From the NCBI GenBank assembly GCA_036172245.1, contig JAYWIR010000078.1:62001-126000 (forward strand): DNA of 64,000 bases, in the 5' to 3' direction. Position numbers and translations under genes: made by a program. Numbering within the stretch: the first letter of the stretch is position 1; each line of letters begins with the position of its first letter. This DNA is from Raillietiella orientalis. Taxonomy: Eukaryota. Of the stretch, positions 21,450 through 35,700 are shown piece after piece. Under the pieces are notes generated by a model. It had not been told where the DNA came from. It saw only the letters and a list, made by a program, of their open reading frames with translations, and did no database searches.

Positions 21450-24200
21450 CTGGTTCCTGAGTTTAATGGGCCACTGACATCAAGGTTTAGCTACAGCTCT
21501 TCTGTGAGAATCTGTCCCGAATCTGTCTTGATTTCCGTATAGAGAATCATTTCACATATGGTTCTTCCCGATGGATTTTCTGCGGCGCTAAACTTTATGC
21601 ATAGTTTGTTGGACCTGCGTTCTGCTTTAGATCGTGGAATCGGCACTAAACGCGGGAGTATCTTCATTAGTTCTTCTTTCTATAATTCCTTACTTCGCAG
21701 AATGCCCTTCAGTTTCTAATTCATGATCACATTTTGCTTCCGTGTGCAGGTAAGGCTTAAATTAATCCGTCCCGGGTTGGAATGAGTGCTGAGAATAGAA
21801 CTTTGCAGTAATTTTTCTATTTATTGCATTTCTTGTGTGCCTCGTAGAGTCGAATTAATTGAATTAGATCCTTCGTGGGTTCAGTGGAGATGTATTTTCG
21901 AGACATCTCACTTTTCTCTCTATTCGAAAACCTTGTTCCAATCTTCGATTGCATAGATTTTTAAAATCGATTTGTGAGGGTTGACTCTTAAATCTAGCCT
22001 GTATTCCATCTTCTTCATGATTAATATATAGATTTGTTAGTCTTCCTTTTTTCTCTTGATAGAAAAATCTTTTATTCCTGTTATCTTTGCTATCAGCGTG
22101 CTCACTGCCTCCATGAAAACCAGAAAAGCATCAGATTCAAGAGATACCTCTTTCTGCCGTCACTGCATCAGCTATACATCTTTCTGAGGTAGCGCGCATT
22201 TGGACGGGGATGATCACTTTGTTCAGAAGTTTTCAAGTGATTGATCCACAGCTTTGATCATTTTCAGAATTGGGAGTAGTCTCAATTGGCTCACCTTGGT
22301 TAGGTCTTCAGCTTTGGGGAGCAATCTCATTTAGCTTTTCTGAAATCAGTCAGTCAGGTTTCCTTCCCTTACTGGTCTCATCGAAGAGCTTGACATATGA
22401 GAAGATGGTTTTGGTAGTGTCTTGAGCGGAATCGATCAAACCCAGTAGCACTTTCGATAATTCCATGAAGGTCTCTTTGATTTCTTGTGCTGAGAATTGT
22501 TCTTTCGAAATACTTTTGTCGTGGTAGTATAGTCCGTTGCGCATATTGTTCGAAATCTCTTCTTGGACTGTCTTCATCAATGCTTTCTATTTGAAGGGTT
22601 TCTTGTAGTTCTTTTGGAAGGCTCCCATAATAACATCGCTCTGATAGCATATTCTGCTCCCATGCTTGTATCGAAAGATATCTCATGAGATGTTCACCTT
22701 CTCAAGTCGTCTGATTTCCCCTTTCATGCTTCGATTGAGAAATCTCCTCTTGTACTGTGACCAGTTTGCGACCTTTGAAAATCTGCTTCCTTCAAATCTT
22801 GCAGCATCCTCTGAAATCATTGGCCTGGAAAACGGTGAGACCAATGGTCGTAGAAGTCTTGAAGATAACACAGTTGGAGAGGGTAAGAAAAACACTGAGT
22901 GGGCAAGAAGGAACAGTTTGGGAGATGGACTTGCTGACCAACTCGGTGTCTCCATGGTTGCGTTGGCGAGTTTCAGGGGCGTTCTAGAGGCCATCTGAGC
23001 GTGACTACGAATTGGTCGATAGAAATTAGCAGTACCCTTGGAAGAGACCCACAGAGTGTCCGTGTGCTGCCTTTAGTGGGGTGTTTTCGTGCAGCAAAAA
23101 ACTTTGAAATGAAGTACTGGTAATTCCTTGCTTCCTGCACGTCTTATGGAAGAGCTGTGCCAGAACTGGACAGCGCTGAAGATGCTGGCAGGTGGCAGGT
23201 ACGAACTCAGGGATGGCAATTCTGAAGAGATCGTTTGAAGTAGACGGCAACGTTCTTCGATAAAATCCCATGGTACAAACAGGATCGGCCTCTATATCAC
23301 AAGCATTGAGATAAGAGGGGCAAAGATACGGGAAATAGGAAGAGCAACGCTTGCCATAGAAATCTTCAAAGGAGTCTTACAGGTATCAGGTTCTGTCGCG
23401 GAATTCCAGCCTGTATGTATCGCTACATCTTAAAAAACACTGAAGTACAGAAAGCCTTCAAACCCCTATTGACCATCACCCAATGACCCTGGACTTGACT
23501 TGCACTGGAAAACAAAAGGTTGGATGAGAAAGACGGTGCTATCTGTTGTAAATTGAGTAACTGTCAATTTACAACAGATAGCACCTGACGAAATAAATTC
23601 ATCCACCTCTTGTCTGTCCTGGAGACAATTGTGGAGTCTAACTTTATCTAAGCGGCGATGGTTTGAGGTAGTCTCACAGGAACACACAAAATGCCTTTTC
23701 GAGTGATGGCAGCGTTTTCCAAATCTGCTTCCATCTTAGGGATCTGCTCCAGCCGAGGCAGGGGAAGCACCTCTGTCTTGATACTCCGAATCAACGCAAA
23801 CTCTGCAGGCCTGAGATGAACAGCAATTAAGCGTGGATGATCTTCGCCGAGGGGCCGAGGGTCTTCTCGATGATTAACGAACAAGAATGCCTTTATCGCT
23901 GAAGGCCACTATCGAGACAAAAATCTACGAGGCGATCAATCCATGGCCACCTCCGTCAGGAAAAGAAAGGAGATTGCGGTCGAACAGACCATCATCAACG
24001 CACACGACACCACTTCTTTCGATACAGAGAGCATCTGTAGAACCAGGAGAGATTTCGTGTCGGAGGAAGAGACTTCTCGTAATGACATCAGGGACAAATA
24101 CCCACTAGATTTTTGGCGAGCAAGTTTCCTCTCCTTTTTTAGGTGCTTAAGAGCACTTAAAAAAGGAGAGAAAGGTGGTCTAGTATAGTCCTTGACTTAT
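21450..24200 (-). mobile_element. Highly decayed DIRS/Ngaro-like retrotransposon (RT region ~23000-23700)
   Basis: RQEVDEFISSGAI, STVFLIQP and VMVNRGLKAFCTSVFFKM resemble the DIRS RT N-terminal motifs (E..LL.KGAI, S.lFlVPK, LN.F....FKM). No intact YxDD seen; boundaries approximate. Confidence 0.45.
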
Positions 24201-24599
24201 TACAAACAGACGTAAAGCATCTAGTTCCTGCTATCAACAGAGAAACCTAGGGCCTCATCCTCCGAAAAATCCTTACCAAGGGGCTTCCAAGGATTGAACA
24301 GCTTTTTCCCTTTGATATGTTGAAGGAACTCTACGGCAGGGTGCTACCCCAGACCCTAAGCTACGCCCTGAGAAAACCCAGGAAACAGAGCGGCAGATCA
24401 TGAAGAAGCAGAGAGACCAGGGACATAGCAGTGCGCAGTGGGCTCCCCAATTCCTCTCCCTCTCTATTCTCCTCTATTCACCCCCCACTCCGATCTCCCT
24501 CTTTTCTACCTATTGCAAACCCATCTTTTCCTGCTGGAAAAAACCTGAAATATCAAGGGCAAAGCTCAAGGTGTTGTCAGGAGAAGGACTTCATTCTTT

Positions 24600-25650
24600 G
24601 TTGGCTAACTTTTCCTTGTTAAAGTTAAAAGAACGAATGAATCCACCCTATCGCATGTCGGACTGGGGAAAATCGATCTGGGGTCCCACGCGAATGAAAT
24701 CAAATTTTCGAAAGGACGTTCGGAAAGCTCCTCACTTTCCACGCAACTTTCTCAGTCAGGTGATCCACTGTGCAACTGAGAAAATCACGAACCAATACAG
24801 GAACGAATGCTGACCACAATGATTTCGCTGATGACCTTTTCAGATACGATTAAATTAGTGCGCACGGAGGATTGAGGATAGGACAGCAGCACTCGCAGGA
24901 GATCTTTTTTTTTTCCTCCCTCCTGTCCTCCTTGAAGATACGAAATTCAAACTGATCCTTCTGCCTTTCTAGTGAATTGACAAGAGCAGAAAGAATCTTC
25001 TAGTATGAAATGAGGATTGCGGGTTCAAAAGATGGTGACAACACCATGCCGGAGGAGTGAAAGGAGATTGGCGGCGGCGAAAATGGGAGTGGCTCTTCGA
25101 GCACGTATTTCCGAGATGAAGCAGCAGCAGCTACTTGCCGCTGCCGCGTGGAGGGATGGAGGGACAGCGTCCGGTGCCTCGAATCCAGAGCAAACGTTCA
25201 TGGCAAGTTCGGCGCACCGCGGGCTTCGAACCCCCTGAGAGCTGTGCAAATCCCGATTCGGAGAGGGACGGAAGGAACAGAAATCCCTCGCAGCACGCAG
25301 AACATCTATGAGTGTTCTACAAGGAAGACTCCTCTACTCCTCAAAAGCGCCTCCGGGGAGAAAGTGAACCTCCTTGAAGAGAGAAACGCAGCTGTGTGCA
25401 TGTAAATTCCCGGAGTAAACGAGGCTTACAGGAATTCCTGGAAGAAGATACCACATTCTGGAGCTTCTTGGGTTTTCCTAGAACCAGAGAAAGTGCGAAG
25501 ATGGTCGGCATCACTGAAAAATGGACAGCAATCCAAGAAGCGTAGCGAGGTGCCTCTGAAGCGTATGAACGAAGGGTGCCCTTGGTCGGCATGGCTTGAT
25601 CAAATAAAGAAGCTTCCACCTATTCCATAGCAAAAATGATCCACATGTTA
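24600..25650 (-). mobile_element. Possible tyrosine-recombinase remnant of a DIRS-like element
   Basis: TLRSYASEAPRYASW (cf. ST..sY...W) followed in order by RCAEL (cf. R.sEL) and CPILNPPCALI*SYLKR (cf. CPV.AL..Yl.R), across broken frames. Confidence 0.3.
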
Positions 25651-28349
25651 ATCTTTTGGAATGCAAGTTCCGAGCTCGAGTCTTAAGATGCGAACGTTTT
25701 GCATACCTCAATTCTTAAACCGGTTTATCCTGCCATATCAACCACATCTCACCTTCACATTGTGCGCCACAGTGCACTTCTGTCTCTTGAATCCCCGCAA
25801 ATCTTATTCCAGGGACTCAGGGGTACCTGTTGAAGAAGAAAAATCTCTTTTTCAGTCCAGCTTTTCGAATCCCCATGCAAACTCTCCTATCACCATGGAT
25901 CGACAAGACGAGTTCTGTTGAGTTTGCAACTTGACTGGGTGCTTCCGAACAGAGGAGTCTGAAATCAGCCCAGGGACGAAGGACGGACGAAAGAAGGTCG
26001 TGTTACAAAAAAAAAAAGAGAGAAAGACTGCGCAGGTTACGATCCAGATCGATGAACCGTACTCTTAATTTCTGCATCTTTCCTCTATTTTTGGAGAAAC
26101 CACTTGACCGTGGTCTTGAGAAATGCTGGATTGTCGTATGTACGAGAAATAGAACTGCAGTTTCTTTCTCAAGAGTTTTGCGTTTCCAGCTGAATCTTTC
26201 AGCTTGTACCGTTTCACAACACCTGTATTTTGCTCTGATTCTGCGGGCAGTATTGAGATTTGACTTTCCTCTGTGATCTTTCCTTCCTATGAGGTCCGCT
26301 ATTGTCTTTCCAGTATTTCCTGCACAGTTATTCTTTAGGTCTTTCGATCACTTTCAGCAACAAACACGTGGGAATCGAATTTGCTAATATCCTGAAGTGT
26401 TACACAGATTCATCAATTCGAGCTGGCAGTCTTCTTACCAAGGAATCATGTTCACTCTTCCGGAACACTACTCATAGATCGATCGTTTGGGATGGGTATT
26501 CACGAAAAAAATAGACAGCTGACAATCGCATGATCCAAAGAAAAAAGGAATACATGCAAGGGAATATAGATTTTCCTATGTGAAGACATTAGAAAGCTTC
26601 CTTAGCTGATTCCTAGCGACCCTCACATAGCTATTGCAACCAGATAAAGATGGAAACAGAAATAGCGATTTTACTTATCGTTTTCATAATGGAAGAAATA
26701 GTCTACTTCTCAAGTAAAGGTAAAGAAACAAGTTTGAAGGTACGTCCAGATGTATAGTTCTGAGATACGTGTCAAAACTCACAAAACACAATTGAAAATG
26801 AGTTTGAAGAAGAAATACATGATTAAAGAAAATTTCTTTAGAGCCACTCATGGCCCTACTCTCTCATAATAAATCACAATAAGATTATAATGGGAAGGTG
26901 ACAATTATAGGAGCAGTTTTGTATAAATGTAGCTGGAATCAAAGTAGACTCAAATCTGTTCAATGGATCTGAAGTTCTGCAATGGAATCGAAAGGAGTAA
27001 AGCTCAATTCCTAGAGATACTTGCTAGCAAGGGACTTGACTGAATGACTTACACTAGAACTTTTTTGTAATATTCCTGAACACGATGACATGTCGTTATT
27101 TATTTCAAGTGCCTCCAAAAGCATTCAATGGGAACGATCAAAGTTCATAAATTTAACTACTAGCAAGGGCTGATTCAAAGATTTTTGCCATCGGGTGCGC
27201 AAAACTGATCTCTCCCATTACCTTTTCGATCTTTAGGCATAGTCCTCCATGTGCTTCAATGCTGAAAAGAAGTTATTGGAATCAGGAAAGGGAAAGCTTC
27301 CGCGGAAGGGAATTCCGAGAAGCCACTGCACAGAATCCATTGGAAAAAAAGATCAAAAACAGTTTGGAATAATGTCAGTTCCCTGTTTCAAAAGAAGGAA
27401 GTCCATAAAGTGTAAAGTGTTGAACTTGTCGAAAAATGTAGAAAAATATCTTACTGTTCTCTTATGAACGTAGATTTTCTTCTTTTCTTTTCTTCCTCTC
27501 TCTTACTACGATTCTGTATGGGAAAAAAAAAAAAAAATAACCGCTTTGAGCATGACACTCACACAAGTTCTGCTACAGCTGTTTTTGATTTTCCATTAAG
27601 TATTTGCTAAGGTAAGCAGCTACGTTCTTGTTCATTGTTCTTGTTGGAATTCATCCCAAGCGTCTTGACTGATTCCTTTCTAATCTCTCCAATGTCTTGG
27701 CTTTTTATTCTCGGCAAGCACAGATGCAATCGATATTTCCGAAGATAAGTGACTCACTTTCGGATGAACGAGACGAATTTGAGAACTCTTGTTGAAACAG
27801 TAACTACCAGCGTGCACGGTGAAGAAGAGAAAAGAAAAGAAAACGAATTTTGTCACAAGACCGTTCTTAGACGAGATGATATGTAGATTTTTTTCTTCTT
27901 CTTCTTCTTCTTTTCCATCTCAACGTTGGGGCGTGCCAAAGATGTACAAATTCTCTCCACGTCACTTTCGAAGTAATCAACGTAAACGTGCAACATGTAG
28001 TGAAGCACGAAGCAAAAAGAGTTTTCCATTCGTAGGTGTTTACTGAAAAGCCGAGGCAGAAAGAGGAAAGCTGATGATGATGACACTTGCTGCAAAGCAA
28101 TGCACTCTTCAGTTGCCGGATGCATTAATCGGGAAGAGACAGCCGTAGCCGTCGTAAACATAAGGTCTTTGAATGTTATCCACGCTGAAATCAACTCGGT
28201 TTCAGAAAATCTTTCATGTCCACGGTTTTATGCGAAGTTGTTACCCCAACGTGAAAATTATTGCATTTAACGATGAGGGAAGCTGATTTAATTTGAGAAC
28301 ACATAAGGTTCAATGCTTCATTTTTTAAGGTAGATACGTTTTCGCGTCT

Positions 28350-28381
<32 letters not shown>

Positions 28382-28631
28382 CTGAAAGCACGGAAACGGT
28401 ATGTAGAGTGCATAATTGGGTGTTTAAACTGTCGTATTTGAAATCCTTTCGGTAACCAAAAAAAATTGGAAAAGCAAATTTACCGTTTTTGTTCCTTTGC
28501 AAATAATTTATATTATCGAATGAAAAAACCTTAGTAACTTTGACAAAAGTTAGTGAGGTCATGCTCGGTTCGAATTCGTGTTACCACTGCTTATTATATC
28601 TCTTAAAGTTTTTCTGAAAAGGAGTTGGAGT

Positions 28632-29559
28632 ATGACAGAAACTGAATCAACCAAACGTTTAAGCATTAAAAAGCAAACTTTGGATGATGCGTATGCTGCT
28701 CCTGCAAATTTTCTGGAAATCGATGTTGTTAATCCCATAACGCAAGGAATAGGCAAGAAACGTTTCACCGATTATGAAGTAAGATTGAAGGTATGTAGGT
28801 AGAACGTCATTCGGTAACCACAATGCTTTTTTCATTTTAGACCAATCTACCAGTTTTTAAATTGAGGGAGTCAGTAGTGCGCAGGCGATATAGTGATTTT
28901 GAATGGTTAAGAAATGAATTAGAAAGAGATAGTAAGGTAATAACAAATTGATAAGAGTAATGCTACTTATTTTGATTTTGCGTATGAGCAATTTTGTCAA
29001 TATCCTTACTTTAGGATGTGTTTGTAGTTTCCTTGAACCCTCATCCTTTATTTATTGCAGAATTGTAACCTTTATATAGTTGTACTTTTTGTTTGTGAAT
29101 ATGCAATTTTTTTGCTGTAATATTTGCACTATTAATTGTGCTTAGTTTTTAAAGATTGTAAACTTGTTTTGAAGTTTGCATCCGTATACAGAGATTGTGT
29201 GTGTTTAGTATAAGAATTTTTGGGTTATGAATGTGTCAGCTTATAAATTGAAAACTGTTAATGTAGCCAGTGTAAATATGCCATAGATTGTGGTACCTCC
29301 ATTACCTGGGAAAGCCTTGAAAAGACAACTGCCTTTCAGAGGAGATGATGGAATTTTTGAAGAGGACTTTATTGAAGCAAGGCGCAAAGGTCTTGAACTT
29401 TTCATCAACAAGTATGAGAACAACATATGTAATTCCACATTGATCATTTGTAGAGTGGCAGGCCATCCACTAGCCCAGAATGAGCGATGTCTACATATAT
29501 TTTTGCAAAAAGCAACTATAGATAGAAGTTACGTCCCTGGAAAAATCCGTCACACTTAA
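28632..29559 (+). CDS. SNX3: Sorting nexin 3/12 (PX-only), exons 28632-28790, 28841-28936, 29287-29411, 29454-29559
   Basis: [43 protein letters not shown] and [18 protein letters not shown] introns. Confidence 0.95.
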
Positions 29560-29785
29560 TTTTTATGTATTTAGTTCTTTTCATTTGTAAGTCACTGCTG
29601 AAATTTTTCTAAGCTAATCTTTATTGGATAACATCTTTAGAAGACGGCTGGTAATGCACTGTTTACTAAAGCTATCAGTTGCATAGCAGAACAGGTAGTT
29701 CTGTAAAGTAAGCAGAATCTCTCTGGAAGATGGCAGAAGCTCGACCTGCTGTTGCCATGCCATTAAAGTCCTTCTGAAATAATGT

Positions 29786-32700
29786 TTATTTACTTGATGC
29801 AAGTGGGTTAGTAGATGTTTTATGATACTGTTTGTACCAGCACTGAAGAGTGGCTCTGAACAAACAGTGTTTACAAGGTTGAGACTTTACATGCTCACCT
29901 GCAGTTTTCCAAAAGGGAAGCAAATTGGGGCAAGAGCCTGTTGAGAATTTCGTAATTTGGAAGACATATGTATTGTACAAAACTGATTTGCTCTTTTGCT
30001 ATGTTAGATGCATTGACTCGATCCATCATAGGCAATGGCTTCATTCCTAACTCTTTCTCCATGTCACCCTACCCAGAAGTGGCCTTATCTCTTACATTTC
30101 TACTTGCCTGTTGATAAAACTCAATTTGCAGGTCAATGACCAGTTGTTGTACAATTTCAAATGCTTTGCAATTCCCACTGAGATCACATGCAGTCATCAT
30201 ACATTCTTTTACCAAGGTTCTTTTAAAGATATTCCACCCACATCATATAAGAGAAATTTGTGAGATTACCTGTGATTATCGTTTTTAAGTTTGAATCCTT
30301 CCCTCATCGCAACAACAAGTTTATGACGCTTCTTAAAATGTGTTGCCAGATCAGTAGCAAGGATGGAAGTTCTTATTTCTTGCATCACAAACTGGTATTC
30401 ATCTTTGCTTAATCGAGACAAAATATCATGATTGGGGTACTGCAATGAGAGGCATTTCTACTATTGCACTGTTTTCCTTGATTAGCTTTTGTTCCTTGTT
30501 CATCATATACCTGTAGTAAGGTCATTGCAAGACTTAAGTGATGGAATTCCATAACTGAAACAGGATACAACTGACTTAGAATGTGAGATGTAGCTTGAAG
30601 AAAAGAATTATTGACTCCTCGATGATCTAAATCATGGCATACACATCCAATCATTAGTGCCATAATCTGAAATCCAAAAATGAAATCTCATTTGGCTGCC
30701 TATTTACCTCCAGATGACTAAAACACTCCCTGCTTCTAAGAAGCATGCAGTACATGCAGTGTGCCACAACAAATGCATGGCGGAAATTATGATATGCCAC
30801 CGGTCTATAATTTAATTGTACTGTTAGCAAAAATTGGCAAAGTTTATATGGATTGAAATAATGTGGGAGCAGTTGTTCCAACATCAGCACGATTAATTCC
30901 GGCAGCTGGTCTTCATATCCTTTGAAATACCATTGGAATTCATCAAAGCCTGCTGGTTTTGTTAGAAGATGCAGAGTTACATTTACATAAAGATCGTGTA
31001 CCCGCACAGGCAGGGCTGTATTGTGGAATGACAAAACATCAGTACTGATTTGTAATCTCTTTTCCTATGATGAGAATAATGAGAAAGTTTTGATTTCTGC
31101 TTTGAATAACAAATTTAGATATGAAATGCTAAAGTGTCTTGGAAAAAGACTTAAGGCATCACCTTGCGAACCAAGTCATTGCACAGTTTAGCATAAAATA
31201 AAGCTAAGGAGCAATATACAGAAAAGGTTTGAAGCATCATCACATCACAGTTAGAAAAAGGAATATTTCCATGTTTGTTTAGCAACTCAATAACTCCTAA
31301 AAGATCAGAAGACATTCATATGAGAGGAAAGGAAATCAAAAGGTGCTGAAAAAGAGGCATGCCTACCCACAACTTTTCCCTTTGAGTTAACAGGCATGCA
31401 CAGTAGGGATGTTGTTGTATAACCTGTCAATTTATCAACGTCTGCATTAAAATGCGAGTCGGTATATGCGTTGGAAATATTCATGATTGTTCCTGTCTTT
31501 GCTACGTGACCAGCAATGCCTTTCTCCATGGAGAATCTAGGGAATTTCGGGAGAAAACAGTTGAAATTGTTCGTGCTTTTGCAGCTTAATGTAAAGCATT
31601 GCTACACGTATAAATAAGGTCACGAAGACATGAATTCCAAAACTTCTAATGCGCTGCTTAAAATGTGCCGAAAAAGTTTCCGGTCGACTCTGGCGCGGCG
31701 AACCTTTCGCCTGTTGGCACAGGCAAACCGTCAGAATGTGCCCCATAGTTTAAAGGCAGCAGCTGACGAACGCATCCGCGTGTTATCACTGCGCTACGGC
31801 GTGGTTTCCCTTTTACCACCGATGGAAAAACTCGTTAAACATGTTGGGAAAAGAATGGAAAGACGGCCTAAGAGCCCCCTTGCCGAAAATCGTATCGGTT
31901 TCGATTAGGCGAAACGGGAATTCCACATTCATTTTTGAGAAAAAGCGTCCTTGTGAATAAAATGACAGAAAATGCTCCTCCGCAACTTTTTTTTTTTTTC
32001 CTGCTTCCTTCTCAGCTCGGAAAACAAATGATCGATGCAAACAGCAGTGTGAAAAGCTGAAATTGCTGAAATTGTGTTGCGGTCTGATTTTAAATGGTAA
32101 AAAATTTGCTCAAAAAGTATAAGCTCAAAATGTATTATCCGCTATGGGCATTATTATTACGTCAAAATATGAATCTGTCCACCTCAAAGGATCAAAGAGT
32201 CCAAAGGAAAATTTATGAGGTCGCCATTAAACACGATAAATATAGGAAGAATAAACAGCGACACGTCCACGTAGACTGCATATCCAAGAAAAAAAAAAAA
32301 AAGCATTTTTATAGTAATGCTTTTGAGTTTCAGGAAGGATGTTTTCCGATGGTCCCTAGCATCATCATTATCCAGAAAGGTGTCCAAATTGCTCTCTCGT
32401 AACATCGCAGCTTAATCGCTGGAGGGGCCGACGTGGCTTTGGTGTGAGAGAAAACGTAATTCTAAGATCTAAATACGACAGCGTGGGTAAACGGTCTGGC
32501 GGGGGGGGGGGGGAGGGCGAACAAACCATTGCCAGTCCTGCTGCGTTCGTCTCACCTAACGACTCCTAGCGAATCAAGAGAAACCCTACGGAACGTGAAG
32601 GCTGAATGGGGGATTGCGCTGTCTTCGAAGAAGTTATCTCGGAGAAACGTGCACCGTGTACAACACTCATTTGCAACATTGCTGGAAAACCTTGGAATGA

Positions 32701-35700
32701 AAGCGTGTGCAAGACATCCGTGAAGATGAGTAAAACAACCGCGCCAACAACACACTCCGAGGCGCCAGCGTGGAGACAACTTTTCCGTAACCGTTGGTCG
32801 TTCTCGTGTCTCCTTTAATGGACGCAGGACGTGCTGGCACACGAGGCTCCGGAAGAATCCTATTGCCTTCATTCAGAAATTATTTGGGATGGAGATGAGT
32901 ATTTTTAATGAAAACTTTTGATCCAGTTATGTGACCTCGATAACAATTCGCTGTTTCTATGAAATCTCCATACTTTGTCATTTACGTTTCCGTTTTATCT
33001 CTAACCAAAATAAATACTCACAAATGTTTGTTTTGCATTTTTTTTTTTTTTTTTCCCTTTTGGATAAACGATATTTTACGGTAACTCGAACAGTTCCGTG
33101 TGCTGTTCGGTATCACTTACCGGACAGTGCTAAAATGTTTATTTTTGGTTGGAGATAAAATGGAAACTCAGAACACAAAGTCTCAGTCAGATAGGAAGGT
33201 TCAGTGATTTCGCAATACAACTGCTAAAGGAAATTCTTGTCGAAAATTGAAGGCATCAGAAACGACCGAGTAAAGTACAATCCCGGAAAAATTCATCCAA
33301 GATCACACTTCACCGGCTACGAGAGGTTTTGCATCTGTTCCGTGCGGAGAAAAGGTGGATCTTTTCATTTTTTACAGATTGGTAACCCAGCTCGAAAACT
33401 TTTTTCGAGAGATGTTCTGTAGATGCCTCAAGCGGGAGGATTCGTCGCCTTCCTTCTGGCTCTTGAAGACGACGGCGACGGTGAAGATCGAAGAGTTGAA
33501 AAGCAAAACGAGAAGGAGCAAAGGAAGTCGACTCGAGAATTCGTAAGAAGGCCACAGATTGATTGGAACGAACCGAAAGGAAAAAGTCTGCACGAGGCTG
33601 AATAAAACGGAAACTATGGGGGAATATCGCAATGGCAATATGACTAAATGGAGCACAAGTCTGCTAGCTCTTGAAAAAAAAAAAAGATCAATTTCGAATA
33701 ACCTGATAGAGTCTCGTCGAATCAAAATGGGCTTTCCATTTTCATCCACATTTCCTTCGTCAAAAAAATCAGCAATGAGTTCGTTTCGTTCGTGGTTTAT
33801 TAAGAAAAAGGAGCATCGATCTGCATTCACCATTTGTTTAGCAAAAGTCTAGGTGCCAAGGCTGATGTGAAAACAACAACAACAAAAAAAAAATACATGA
33901 ATCGGAATGCTTACAATTGTTTTCGCAATAAGCGAATCCATGAGAAAAATATCATCGAACTGTGATGTGGTAATATCACACAAAAAATCGTTGAGTGTCA
34001 TCTGATTTGTGAAATTATTGCATCTTATCATCGTATGGGCACTTATTCCCGCCCACGCTGTCAAACTCGATATAAGCTGACGGTCTAACTGTTAAAAGAG
34101 AGACAGTTATTCCCGATGGTTCAATCAGTCATCTTTCTTTTTTAAAAAAAAAAAAACAGGTTCGTTAAAAAATGACCTCAGTAAATGGGAGACTCCCTAT
34201 GAATTTCCGAAATTCCACAGCATAAAGGGCATCATCCATGTCACAGATTATGGGAGAAGCTAGAATTGATGAAACTCCCGAAGTCTGAAACTCTTCTGAC
34301 AACAAGAAAACCATTAGCTTAAGTCAATGCTATAATACGAAGATATTTACTTCGGATCTTCTCGTTTTCTATGAATCTCTCATCACATATGCAATCCTCT
34401 ATCAGGATGACTTCCTTTTTTGAAATAATGTAGGCAGCAATAGAATCAATGGGTTCTAAAGAGTAATCGTAAAATGCATGTATGTTATTTTGCAAGAGTT
34501 CAAGTGCTTCGGCTGAATATCACTTACTTTATATGCATATATGAATTGAAAACAGAAAATACAGAAACTCTTTAGGGAACAGATTTTGCTTATAGGGGTT
34601 TCAGTTTTTGATGTGAATTGGATTTTTTCGGTTATGAGCACTTACTAAAACGCATTGAAATTTCCATGTTTCCGAATAGGTAAACGTGCTGATTTTGCTA
34701 GTTTTCTCTCTATTTACCCGCCCTCTCTCTTGACCACACTTGATTCCTTTTGGTCACAAGTTAAATCATTATTTCCTTGAGAATATGAAAATGAAAGCTT
34801 CATTCATAGATGAAAGTTACTCTTCCCTATGGAAACTGTTTAGATGACAGTGTCATTTATATATGATTATGAGTGACTGCATCCGTAACAGGAGATGGCA
34901 TTTTACTGTAAAATTCCGACCAGCACTTTTGGCACTTTTTTCCACGAGATTGCCGATAGTACATAAGCTCTCAGCTTTTCCTCCGAGAGCTATGGCAGGC
35001 TTCGCATAGTGATTTCAGAATTCCTTTTCGGTGAAAAACGAATATTTGAATAGGGGGGTTTTGCGTTTTCTGTATTTACAGGATGACGAACCTATTCGAA
35101 ATAAATCTACGGGTTCTTGCCGACAGACTTAAACCTCCAGAACTGATCGTTTCAATTACTTGAATTAGGTTGCAGCAAGGGTGTACGCGAACGCAATACG
35201 ACTGATGCCATGGTATTTTTTTCACTAACGGCTATGATATTTACTTTGACATTTGATTCACTCATGACTTGATATTATGTTCACTAATCGAATGAATAGA
35301 GCGCCGAAATAGAATAATCAAGAATAGCTTTTCTGTTTTGCCGCGTTATTTAGCATATCCATAAGTAATACGTTCGCAGAAACGGATACAGCGCACAGTC
35401 TGCATCAAAATGAGGAGCACGTAATATCCTACACAACAACTCATGTACACTTATGAAGGAAGCATCTGCTTCATCTCGCTAGAAATGTTTCATTTCAAAT
35501 GCTTGCTGAACAAGATCTCGACAGGATAAAGAGTTGATTTGTACACCTGGTGACCGAACATCGCTTTGGCCTCCGTTTCAAGAATTTTCGTGTGTGGTTT
35601 GTTTTCATTTGTCCTTGGAGCTGATGGTCAAACGAATGTGGGCGTGGGTGTACGATGGTAGGCACAAAGGTAATGCTCGCTTTTGTCAATGAATCACCTC

